64,000 nt of DNA from Blastocystis sp. Blastoise (taxonomy: Eukaryota; Protista; Bigyra: Opalinata), in the NCBI GenBank assembly GCA_039096225.1, contig JBBPEB010000015.1:1736001-1800000 (forward strand). Reading direction: 5' to 3'. Numbering within the stretch: the first letter of the stretch is position 1; the number at the start of each line of letters is the position of its first letter. A program made the position numbers and the translations under genes. This document shows positions 15,216 to 37,032 of this stretch, in pieces. Under the pieces are notes generated by a model. It was not told where the DNA came from and did not search any database. It saw only the letters and a program-made list of their open reading frames with translations.

Positions 15216-15886
15216 ATGTCAAAACAAATGATTCAAATGCTTATAGCAGTGCCAGCAACACTTGCTATCTGTCTAGTGTATAATTATTTATCATTCTGCA
15301 TTCTTAAATATCTTTAGATTTGAAGATAAAGTTGGTGGATTCGCAATTATCAATGGAAGATCCATGCAACCTACTTTAAATCCTTCAAAAGATGATGATA
15401 GTTATAGTAAGGATATCATTTTAACAAACAAAATTAATGTAAGAAGAGCCAAATTCACTCGTGGTAGTATTGTCGTCTTAAAATCTCCACTTGATCCAAA
15501 GAGATTATTAATTAAACGACTTGTTGCTATTGATGGAGATTTAATTCGCACAGAAGAGAACTCGCTTATTGAGATTCCTCAAGGAAATTGTTGGGTTGAA
15601 GGAGATAATGGATCTAATAGTATTGACAGTCATCGCTTTGGAGCTGTATATATCTATATCTACTGGTTACTATTGTTTATTTTATGTAAAACTCTATGTT
15701 TCCATGTTTTATATATATAAACCATTTTTATAAATAAATTCTCTATAGATTCCACTTGCGCTCATTGTTGCTGAAGCTACATATATTATATGGCCTTTCA
15801 CACGTATATCAAAACTCGTTAAACAACCCTCAAGGTCTAAAGTAGTTTATAAAGAAGAATCTAAATTCTGTAAGAATAATGACTAG
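15216..15886 (+). CDS. IMP2: Mitochondrial inner membrane peptidase subunit 2 (S26)
   Basis: GRSMQPTLNP (catalytic Ser), LIKRLVA (Lys), CWVEGDN, SIDSHRFG, IIWP; two introns. Confidence 0.85.
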
Positions 15887-16057
15887 AGAATGTATCCTTT
15901 TCCATTTTTTTATTCTTTTTTTTTCTAATATAGTTGTTCATAGTTATTATGCATATGTGATTTCATTTTATCTTTAATAGTTTTTGTTTTTTATATTTGA
16001 TATTTCTTATAATAACAAACTATAAAAAGAATCATTCAATAAATCGTAATTTTTATT

Positions 16058-17055
16058 ATGAGAAAATCACATTATATATTCAATAAGTATTTCCAAGATT
16101 GTTATACATCATTCTTGTATCACCAAAAATCACAAAAATCACAGATTTGGATATATCCAAGTCAATTAATGGATCTTCGCATTCAACAAAAACGAGACTT
16201 TTAATATTCATATTTACTTTTTATAACATCTATAAACTGTTAGTGACTTATTTGATATGAGAATCATACTGATTAGCCTTTTATTATTCACATTTTGTGG
16301 TACATCGAGTATTTTTGTTTGTTAAATAGTCTCTAATAATGTATAGGTTTTGTTCAGTATTTGCTATTATGAAATAGATGAATTTTATTATTGAAATAAT
16401 ATATTTAGTTCACACTTACATGTAATTGATCAACAATCATCACTTCCGAAACATCAATCTCCGTATATCTATTTATAAAATATTGTCTTAGAAGCTTATA
16501 TTATATTATATATGTATCTATATATAGAATACTACCAATTCATCAATCACAAATAGAAGAAACATCTCGAAGATTATTGAATTATAATGAAGGAAATGTA
16601 TTCTCTATTCAGGAAGAAAACTCCAAGGAGTATTTTAAATTATAGTTAACTAGATATATATATAATAGATATTTTATCGTAACGAAGCAAATTAATCAAG
16701 ATGAATGTATATATGGTTTATATGTTTAAAAACATATTTATGTATATATATTATTAATTATATTATAATAGCTTCTGATGATTACATAATGGTATCGTTG
16801 GATGATCTTATTTTTGATTATATTAAAGAACATAGTACATATATATATATATATTATTATTAAATATATGATTTATAAATGATATATATAGAAGTCATCA
16901 TATATATTGTCATTGTTATTCTTAGTATAATACTGTTAGCATGTTTCATTAAGATATTCAATGCATTCTATACTGTTATATCAACATTTTATAAATGTTG
17001 CACTTGTTGTAAGCATAAAAAGAATGAAGAAACAACGAAAATACTAAAAATATAA
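16058..17055 (+). CDS. Uncharacterised small membrane protein (C-terminal TM and CCxCC tail); start uncertain
   Basis: Exons 16410-17055 splice in frame with GT-AG; VIIYIVIVILSIILLACF TM then KCCTCCKH; 5' exons ambiguous. Confidence 0.55.
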
Positions 17056-17268
17056 TGATGATACGATTTATATATATTATTTTTGTATATTATCTACTAT
17101 GTGTCTATGAAATATATAAAAAAATATTAAAAAGTACTCTTTGGTTTCTTATAAAATGATTTAAAGATTTTTTTTTGAAGTAAAAAAAGAAAAATATAAA
17201 TAATATGTTTATAACATATAATAAATAAAGAAAACAACAATAATATAATTATTATTCAAGAATAAAAT

Positions 17269-18234
17269 TTATTGTCTAGAAGTTCTAGAATCTCTATAAT
17301 CAGAGAAAAGATCAAATCCAACTAATATTAATGGATACATAATATTCTTCTTTAATACAGGGATTTTCATACAAGGCATTAAGCAAAGAGCAGATGCTGT
17401 TATTGTATTATATACGTCATAAGAACCTCTCATATCTCCCATCAATCGCTTAATCCACATCATACCTACATAAAAACTATAGACAATAATAAACATAATA
17501 AACATAGAAAAGTTATCAATTCTATTATCAATTTATTAACGATTTGTATATTGAAGATTATATATATATATATATTAACGATTTGTATATTGAAAATTAT
17601 ATATATATATATATTAACGATTTGTATATTCAAGATTAGATAAATATATATAAATATATATAAATATATATAAATATATATATATAAACGATTGTATATT
17701 GAAAAATCTATAAATATTATATATACCAAATTAATGAACCTGCGCCAATAGCTGTACTTTTAGTTAATCCTAACATTTTGTCTTTGTTTGTTTTTAATTT
17801 CCAATCCATAGTTTGGAAAAATTGAACTATAAATAGGTATATACAATAGTTCATAATAAGATCATTGATTGTATTCAATATAATTATATAATTCATTATA
17901 TATACAAGCACCAAGAATACCACCGAGACTAGCACCAGTGACAGAACCAAATTTTGCTAATTTAATATAATAATTAATTTGAAATCTCTATATATAAGAG
18001 ATAATATATGGGTGTCATTTGTAAAGTTGTGGACTAATGATTAAATTAAAAAAGGAAGCAGAAAAACATTACATCTTTAAATGTTTTTTCTTTTTGAGCA
18101 ACTGTTCCATCTGATTGTTTCACTTCGATCACCTTAGCTTCTCTCTCTTTGATTTCCTTGGATCGTTTCGCTTCCTCTTCTTGACGTTGTTTTAATTTTT
18201 CTTGTTGTTTTCTGTAATCTCCCCAACTTGACAT
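17269..18234 (-). CDS. Tim17/Tim22/Tim23-like membrane protein
   Basis: GxxxG-rich KFGSVTGASLGGILGA, then RGSYDVYNTITAS; three introns splice in frame. Confidence 0.6.
17535..17705. repeat. Intronic ~40-bp minisatellite ((TA)n-ttaacgatttgtatattgaa)
   Basis: Three near-identical copies plus one degenerate copy. Confidence 0.8.
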
Positions 18235-18457
18235 GTTTTGAATAAATGAGTGATAAACAAAGGAAAAAAGAATTATGTAAAAAAGAACACTAAAGAATTT
18301 TTTCAGATATTTTCACGTTAATTCAGTCAGTGTCTTCTAAAACAAAAAACAATTCAAACTTTAAGTTTAAAAAACAAATACATACTTTTATTATAATTAG
18401 TAAATAATTGTTCTTTGTATATCAAACATCAGCAACATCGGATTGGTCTATGTTATT

Positions 18458-20088
18458 ATGAAAATATCTTTACGTTTAGTAACATTTATTTTTCTATTAT
18501 TCTTTATCCAGGTCACTAATGCTCAACGTATATTACAAATTACATATATATTATAAATAAATTAGTTTGTGGCCTTTATCAATCAGATTGCATAGTCTTT
18601 GAGAATATATGTATTATAAATCTTGATATATTACTAAAACGATGTTTATTTTATATAAAATTTTTTGTCTTTATAGATATTCGTTATTCTCGTTCGATAA
18701 CAGAGCATTTATCTAATGAATTCTTGAATTCGTTCTTAGAAATATTCGTATTTCTTGATGGTTTTGAGTGTGATGGAGATCCTGATATCCGAATTATTGG
18801 CTAGTATTTATTTTTTATGAAAGTACTTGTGATATTTTTATATAGTGTTTCTTCAACACGTTATGCACCTTATGAATATAATCGTATATATATATATACT
18901 ATAATATAATGATATATTATAAATCTGTAGATCCTTTTGAAACGCGTGAGATTCTTCGTTTTATTCAATTTGTTCCTCTTAATCTTGAAAAAATAACTTT
19001 TTATAATATTAGTTGTTCTAGCCCTATTCAAGAAAACTCTGAATATTTATATACGTATGATTACTGACATTATATATTATATTATATTATTTTTCATAAA
19101 TTAAATGATATTAATTTATTCTATATAATAAAATAACGATTATTATTAATTTGATATTATAGTATAGAAGATCTTTTTTATTATTATTTTTTTATAAATA
19201 TATGTAAATATATATATATCAATTATACTATAAAAATGGTCTATATACAAAAGATTTTTATTGTCGTCGAGGAGATGAATTTCTTTTTGAAAGTTTATTT
19301 CGAGTGGGTAACTTTTATATTCAATCTGAATACTTTTTTAATGGTATTTATATTTATTTAGTGTTAATACATGTTATATATATATAATTATCAAAAGAAT
19401 ATAAAATATCTATTGCTATCAACTCTATAGATGATATATTAACTATTACTCATCCTGCTTTTACAGAAACGTATACTCTTATTCATGAAGAACGTATATA
19501 TATATGTATTTAATAGTTATATATTTATGATTATTTAATTATATAATAGTGTATATGTCAATAATTCAATATAGAATATTTCTAATAATATTTCTAATAA
19601 TATTTTAATAATATTTCTAATAATATTTTAATAATAATATTTATAATATTTCTAATAATATTTTAATAATAATATTTATAATATTTCTAATAATATTTTA
19701 ATACTATTTCTAATAATATTTTAATAATATTTAATAATATTTATAATATTTCTAATAGTATTTCTAATAGTATTTCTAATAATATTTAATAATATTTTAA
19801 TAATATTTTAATAATAATATTTATAATATTTCTAATAATATTTTAATACTATTTTAATGCTATTTTAATACTATTTTAATACTATTTCTAATACTATTTC
19901 TGATAAATTATAAATAATAATCTATAGCATGTTATACAAATGATGCTACTCAGAATGCATTGACTAGTCTTAAATGGATTGTATTTATAGGACTTATTTT
20001 TATTTTATTTACATTCCTTATGTTATTCTATACTTATTCAACAACATTACAAATAAAAGAAGTACTTCATTTTGTTAAACAAGAATAA
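18458..20088 (+). CDS. Uncharacterised type I membrane protein (signal peptide plus C-terminal TM)
   Basis: MKISLRLVTFIFLLFFIQVTNAQ; WIVFIGLIFILFTFLMLFY; splices in frame with GT-AG if a 41-nt exon 19163-19203 is used. Confidence 0.65.
19570..19905. repeat. Intronic ~12-bp tandem repeat (aataatatttct/aatactatttt)
   Basis: Visible periodic array in the last intron. Confidence 0.85.
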
Positions 20089-20551
20089 TATATACTATTA
20101 TATATATATATATATATTTCATATGTTCACTATGTTTTTATCCTATATTTTATTTCTTTCTGTTCTTTAGTATAATTTTCATTTAAAAAAAGAAATATAA
20201 TATATATATTATTATTATATAAAAAATACTTCATGTGAACTCATTTTTTTACATTTTATTTTTATGCTTTCTTTCTTATATATATATATACTTTTAACAA
20301 TTTACTTTGTTTATCAATTTCTTATTCTTCACATTTTATATCTTTTATTGTTTATTTAAAAGAAAAAAGTTTACTAATCCATTTCCTTACATGTTTTATA
20401 TTGTTCTAATACTACTCCTATTACTCTACTTTTTGTGCATATTAAAACTATATTAAAGAATATTGCTTATCTATGACAAAAAGAGGAGAAAAACATTTTT
20501 TATATAAAAAAAGAAAAGTCGTTTTTTTATGGGAATTCTTTGTGGTTAGTA

Positions 20552-20693
20552 GGGATAATTTATGCTCAGCATAGTATGACGAAAAAATTCATGCTCAGCA
20601 TAGTATGGCCAATAGGCTACCCGCCTATTGGCCTGGTCTACTATGCATACTCTAAAGAAAACACCTTCTACTATGCTGAGTGTGAATTACGCC
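20552..20693. mobile_element. Mutator-type foldback MITE, 142 bp
   Basis: Exact 10-bp flanking direct repeat GTGGTTAGTA (20542-20551, 20694-20703); GG..CC ends; 25-bp TIRs 20/25 identical; internal 11-bp perfect hairpin. Confidence 0.85.
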
Positions 20694-20782
20694 GTGGTTA
20701 GTAAGCTCATTTCATATTAACCGTGATTTCATTATTTTTTATCGTTTTCATATTCTAATTTAATTCGTGTTATTCTAAGGAA

Positions 20783-22306
20783 ATGGTATATTTCGTTTGC
20801 AATAAATGTCAAGAGACTCTCAGAAAGAATAAAGTTGAAGGTCACTCTTATAGCTGTCATAGTGATTCCTTTAGTTGTGTGGATTGTAATGCTCATTTCG
20901 ATTCTAAAACCTTTAAAGAACATAATACATGTATTTCTGAAGAAGAAAAATATCAAGGAAAACTATATAATCCTAAAAAAGTAAGTTTCATATAGAATAG
21001 CGTCATTTATTGACATATTCTACTAGTTATTGATAAGAATGATGAATTTATAAAAAGATTTTATAATTAGATAATCGTTTTATTCATTTTTTTTAGGAAA
21101 AAGAAAATCCTCAATTGGAGTGGATGAGACTTCTTGATTCTGCAAAGGATAGTTGTACAGATTCTTCTGTGAAATCTGCATTAGATCAACTATGTAATCT
21201 TGATAATGTTCCTAGAAAGAAGAAGCAATTTTATAATTATGTGAATAATTGTGTTCATATTCCTACAAATACTGTTGATAAAGTTTGGGAAATTTTAGAA
21301 TCTCTTCGTCAAAAACAAATTGCAGAAAAGAAAGCTATCGAAGATAAAGTTAAAGCAGAAATTGTATATATGTTATTTTTTTTTTATTTAAATGTATTTT
21401 TTGTTTTTCTTATTTTTTTATTTTAGATATATAAAGATATTTTTATAAATTATGAAAATAATATATTAATATAATAAAAGAATAATATAATAATATATTA
21501 ATATAATAATAATATAATAATAATATAATAATATAATAATATAATAAAAGAATAATATAATAATATAATAATAATATAATAATAATATAATAATATAATA
21601 TAATAATATAATAATATAATAATATAATATAATAATATAATATAATAATATAATATATATAGGCTGCTAGAAAGAAGGCAAAACTTGAGAAAATGAAAGA
21701 AGAAGAATCTTCGAGTTCTTCAAGTTGGGACACTTCATCTTCAGATGATGATGATAAAAAAGAAGAAAAGAAGAAAATAACTGAAATACCAAAGAAATCA
21801 ATTAAGGAAACTAAAGAGAAAAAAAGGTAAATTATTTTATTTCTTTTTTTATTTCTATTTTTATTATTTTTATACTTTTATTTTTAATTCTTTAAAAAAA
21901 AAATCATATTTCTATAAATACATTACAATTAATATTATATTCTATATATATATTTATACATATAGTGAACATAAAACATCTGAAAAGAAATCTTCTTTTG
22001 ATTTCAAGAAATATATCTTAAAGAATAGTAAAGTATTTAAAAAAAATCTATTTCTTAATATATATTTGCTAAATTTATTTATATTTTATTCCATTTTTAT
22101 TATATATAGAAATCTATTAAATTAAATGAGTTAAAACAAATTATTCTTGAGAAAGCCATGAAGAAAGATAACTCTTTAACTACTGAATCAGCTACTTCTC
22201 TTTTCTATCATAACGTATATATATATATATTCAATTTTTATTGAATTATTTTATTATTCTTTATTATATATAGTTAGAAGAAATTGATTTTACACTCTCT
22301 CAATAA
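20783..22306 (+). CDS. LYAR: Cell growth-regulating nucleolar protein LYAR
   Basis: MVYFVCNKCQETLRKNKVEGH...SCVDC...HNTCISEEEKY; LDNVPRKKKQFYNYV. Confidence 0.9.
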
Positions 22307-22810
22307 ATTCAATTTCCTAAATTTGTTTAAATTATGTTTTTAATGTTATATTCTAAAAATGATTAGAAATTTAAAAAATAATCAGTCATGATACTCTTTT
22401 GAACACTTAGTTTTCTACATAAATTACTCCTGATGTTTGAATCAAAATATCAGCAAATAAACACGAAAAAGAATGAACTTTAAACATACATTTCCTTCGT
22501 TAACTTTTCATATTAATATAATAATACAACATCCTGCTAACAACTTTCATTACAAAAATAAATAAATACTAAACTCAAAAGAAACGAAAAGAAAATAAAC
22601 ATTCGATAACATTCTAATTAAAAAAAAGGATGTTAACAATTTGAATTATTTTAAAATCTAAACCTGATCTGCGTTTATTCTTACGGTAATTTTCCATGAT
22701 TAAAAAATAAACAACCAAATAAAAACAATTAGAAAAATTCAAAGCTTTTTGTAGCAATATAATCTTCTTTAACTGATCAGATCATTCTTTCTTTTATAGA
22801 TTAGAAGAGT

Positions 22811-23831
22811 ATGAGTGATACTACAACAGGAAAGAATACTTTTTCTGTATCTTTTTCTTTCTTCTTTTCTCATTGTGTAGACTAAAACGGATGCCAAACC
22901 ATTCATTCCGTCAGGTCAACGTCAGAATAATCTGGCAAAGAATGCTCCATCATTTTTTCCTATTTATAGACAACAAGTATGATTTTCATTTGTTTCTATC
23001 TCTATTTTGTGTCTCTATTTAGAATGAAAATGATGCTGTACCTACAGATTATTGTATTTTATTTATCTATTTTTACATTATTCACTTTTTAAAACTATTT
23101 TTATTCATTTTTCAGTAAATGCAACTCCCTTTTATCCTTCTACAACATCCTTACAAAGTTCTTATCGATATGATGACTCCGTATATATATTTATGATGAT
23201 CTCATACCTATAAACGATTTGTTTTAAAGATTATCATTATTGATTTGACATTATTCTTATTGATTTTACATATAGGCTGACAATTATGATCAAGATGGAC
23301 AAGATGCATATTATTACTATCAAGATGTATATATTACTTTGATATGTTTTGATATATATATATATATATTTGTTTAGAATCCATTAAATATTCCTTTCAC
23401 TTTCCCTCCTCCATCAAAGAAGACAGTTCGTAGTTGTTTTATTCCTTCAAGTATTCAAAAATATTATGAAATGGAAGTATATATATATGTTATTTTTCTT
23501 ATTATTTATTTGTTTTTTTGTTTTTTTTTTGAGGTTATAATAGTAATGAAGTATTTTTTAAATGTTTTCTCTATTATTAGGGAATAATATTTTGTTTTAT
23601 ATATTTATATTATTATATAATATTCTCTATATAATTCTAGACTGCTGCTATTATTAATCAAGAACCTCCTTCCGATCCTCGTTATAAACAAATTCCTCCA
23701 CGATATAACTCATTAAAGTATATATATATTATTTTTTTGTTTTTTTGTTTTTTTTTATTATTATTAGTATATTCTGTATATATTTTTATTGGATATACTG
23801 AATCATAAATAAGAAATATTATAATTACTTT

Positions 23832-23886
<55 letters not shown>

Positions 23887-25080
23887 GCTTATATAGAGAG
23901 CTTTCTTCTGCTGAATCCGATAATATAACTGGTTCTTTCGGTTATTTATCGTCTTCCTATAAAGTTATTGACAGTCAGGATGGAAACCCTTATATGATTC
24001 GACGATTTGAAAGAGTTAGAACCTCAGGAGAACTCGTTGTATATATTTATATATTATTTATTATGTGAATATTCGGATATTAATATTATTTTATATTTAT
24101 GTATTATTTATTATATGAGTATTCTAATATTATTATTTTATATCTATTTATTATATTTATAATTATAAAATGATATATATATATTTTTTCATTTTTTTTA
24201 CTATTTACCTATCTTAATGCTATATCTTTTGTATACTTTTTTTTCTATACATTAATTTTTCTATTATATATATATATATATATAGAATTCAGTATTACAG
24301 ACCTGGAAGAATATTTCTCATCCTAACATAGTATCATTAACAGATTGCTATATATATAATGGTGCACTTTTATTTGTTCATGATTATTACCCAAATGCTA
24401 TGTCTATTCGACAGAAATATATGGTATAAATATAGTTATAGATATATTATATTAAAATATATATTATAAATATTATTTTTTATGTTGATTCTAAACCAAA
24501 ATTTATAGATTATAAATAATTATTAACATATAATTATTAACATATATTTATAAACAAATTATTTTTAATATATATATATATATATATTATTATAACCCTA
24601 TCCATATATTTTTATAGGTTGAGAATGCTTCAAAATTGACTGAAGATTTATTATGGTGCATATTAATTCAATTATTATCGGCTATATATTTAATTCATAC
24701 TCAACATTTAGCTTGTCGTTGTATCAATGAAATGTATATATTAGAAACCGGTCGTAATCGTTTTCGTATTGGTAGTTGTGGTATTAATGATATATTAGAT
24801 CCTAAAACAAATATAAATGAAGAACAATCAAGAGATATGTTTCAATTAGCACAAATGATATTAACTTTAGGATGTATTGGAAATAATCAAGTGAATATGA
24901 AAATATTCTCTTCTAATTATGGATCTGAACTTGTAGGTATTATTAGTCAAATGTGGAATAATAAACCCATATCTTGCTATCAAGCACTTAATATGGCTAC
25001 TCCTCAAGTTATTCGTGCTCTTAATAGTACATTCTCTGCTAGTGACTTCCTTAGTAATTGCCTTGTATATATATGTATTA

Positions 25081-25129
<49 letters not shown>

Positions 25130-26079
25130 TTATTATTTTATTAGTATTTTATTATTAATTTTATTATTATTATATTTATTATTATTATAAATAAATTACT
25201 ATTATATACAATAATAATTATTATTTTATCAATTATCGAATACTATGCATATTTTATTTACATAATAATTTCATTAAAAATAATTATATATACTTATAGG
25301 GGCGTGAAATAAATAATAGTATATATTTACGTATGTTAATTAAATTAGGATATATAAATGAACGTCCTTCTTTTGCTTCAAATCCCCGTTGGAGTGAAAC
25401 TGGTGATCGTTATTTATTGAAATTATTCCGTGATTATTTATTTCATCAAGAAGATGATCAAGGTGTTGCAAATATGGATATAGGTCATATTTTTGATACT
25501 TTATCAAAATTAGAAATTGGTAGCGAAGAATCTATAGCACTTCATTCTAGAGATGGTAAAAATTTACTTGTTTGTACTTATGCAGATATTAAACGCAGTT
25601 TAGATAGTACTTTTGAAGAATTAAGAAGCAATAGTAATTTTAGTGATTTACGTTTAAGCTCTTCGAATAGAATTCCTAAACGTACAATGATCAATCAAAC
25701 TATTAGTAATACTATTCCTATATCGATTCAATCCTCTATTCCTACTTCTTTATCTCCTAGTATTTATTATTATTCTTTTTATTATTATTTTATAATATAT
25801 TATTATTTTATTTATTATTATTTTATAATATATTATTATTTTATTTATTATTTTTTTATAATATATTATTATTATTATTATTGTAAATATAATTTATTAC
25901 AGTTATTATTTATGTATTATATATAATATAATTACTATTATTTAACAATATATGTCTCTTTAGATCCTATGGTATCTCCTGTTTCAGGTGTTGTAGCGAG
26001 TATACCAAGATATACCGATATTCCCTACCAACAAAATACCATGGCCTATGCTTCACAGGATCATTGGGCTAACTATTAA
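22811..26079 (+). CDS. PAN3: PAN2-PAN3 deadenylase pseudokinase subunit Pan3
   Basis: SFGYLSSSYKVIDSQDG, HPNIVSL, FVHDYYP, KLGYINERP...WSETGDRYLLKLFRDYLFHQ. Confidence 0.95.
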
Positions 26080-26594
26080 TATAGATATATATCTATATTA
26101 CATATCTATAATCTTTTTTTTTACATATATATATATTCTTTTATATACTTATATATATTCTTTTATATTTACATATTTAACAATATTTTTTAAAATTATA
26201 TAATAACAATTATACTATTATATATATATATATATATATATTACAATATATACTTTTATCTTTTTTACTATACATCTTTCTCTATCTTCTTCTCTATTTC
26301 ATATATTCCATTTTTCTCTGTTTTAATTATATTATTACAGTAACCATTTAAAAAAATTAAAAATATCAAACATTAGAAAATTTAAAAAATACAATTACAT
26401 TAAAAATAATATATATATATATATGTATATATATATACTTATTTTTCTCTATATATATGTATAATAAGGTAAATAGTTCTCTTAAAGTATATGTTTTTTT
26501 CTCCTTTTAGTTATATTTTAACTTTTTCATCTTCTATAATCAAATCATTATTTCATGTCATCTATATCTTCTTTTTATTTATATGACCATGTTG

Positions 26595-26720
26595 TTCTTC
26601 ATTATGTTAATTTTCTTTTTATTCTTTATGATTTTAATTTTCTTTTTATTCTTTATGATTTTAATTTTCTTTTTATTCTTTATGATTTTAATTTTCTTTT
26701 TATTCTTTATGATTTTATTT
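26595..26720. repeat. Intergenic 27-bp tandem repeat (ttaattttctttttattctttatgatt)
   Basis: About 4.5 near-perfect copies. Confidence 0.9.
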
Positions 26721-27478
26721 ACCTCTATATATTATTTTTATACATTGTGTTTTTATGGTGTTCATTTCTATTTGCATAGCTTTTTGATTGTATATGAACT
26801 AAATGAAAAATTCATTTGCTTTTGTTTTAATCATTTTATTTTTTATTCTATTTAAACCACTCAAGGAAATATCATAAGAAGCCACTGTAATCTCTTCATT
26901 ATAGTTCTTATTTTATGAAAAAAGACGCCCTGTATACAAAATTGTTGTGATATGTATACACTAGGTTCATTATTAACTTATAAAACATATACAGATAACA
27001 TATGTATTTACATGATGCTTTCATAATCAAGAATATTCAAAAAATGTACAAAATCAAACAGAAAAATCAAATCTCATCAAGAAATCTCTATATATATATT
27101 GAATTATGTGTTTGAAGAAAATGGTCTATGTTTACCTAAGCGCAAAAAACTCATGAATAAAAAAATGTGATAAATTAATTCTAATAATCTACATAAACAC
27201 TCAAGTTATCAACAATGAACTATTTTTATTACAGCAAATTATTATGACCTCCAGAATATATATATGTATTTAATGTATATTTAATGCCTTTCTAAATAAT
27301 CGAAAGAAAAGCAACTTGACATTTTTATTGAAAAATGCTTAAAATAAGAGAGGTATTCTTTTCGGTATTCCTTAGGGAAAATTTTCTTAAAAATGAACAA
27401 AAGTGTCTGATTCAACCTGAAAAAAAATATATTTACTTGTTTTCAAATTTGGTTATATTTTCGTTCTAGGATCTAACA

Positions 27479-36313
<8,835 letters not shown>

Positions 36314-37032
36314 TTATTTTCTATGTTTTTTTACAGGTATTTATAATCTATAAACTTTTCTTTTCTAAAGTTTATTAACATTTTTTTATTCGCTTTCGTT
36401 ATTCTAATTTCGTTTTCATAATTTATATATATATATATATATTTTTTTCATTTTTTTATTGTTTCTTCTTTTCAAAGAGTTTATGAAATCTATATATTCA
36501 AGTATTCTTTTTTTTTGTTATTGTCATTTTTATTTAGTATTTAATCAACATGTCTTATATATACTTGTTTATATAGTATACACTTATAATAATTATATTA
36601 TTTATTCTTTAAATAATTGTATATTATAATTAAAGTGTTATTAATATTATAGCAAACATGATTTTCTTCTTATATGTACATATTATATGAGAAAATAATA
36701 AAAAACAATAATAAGTGTAATGCTATTTTAGCAAATAGTTATATTTAAAAATAAACAATAAATTTTGTCTAAAAATTCTATACATAATTTCGTTTAATTA
36801 TATTCATTTTAAACACTATATACTAATCAATAGACTCACAACAACAAAACTCAAGTTTATACTATGTGAATAATCAAATACTCATAAAAAAAAGAGATTT
36901 AAAAATAAAAAAGATGAAAAGAGAGGATAAGAATATATTTCGAAAAACAAAAATTGTTAAAATATATATAAGTGTACCCTTGAAAATATATTAATATATA
37001 TATATATATATAATATAAAATATGGATAAAGA

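Noticed and set aside
16190-16240. Possible ACG non-AUG start for the membrane protein
   Set aside because: An upstream ATG at 16058 can be spliced into the same frame; no independent support
19036-19253. Apparent missing acceptor suggesting a GT-AC intron
   Set aside because: Resolved with canonical GT-AG introns around a 41-nt exon 19163-19203
26595-26720. 27-bp repeat array as CRISPR or a coding gene
   Set aside because: Head-to-tail with no spacers, in a eukaryotic context; the ORFs are repeat artefacts
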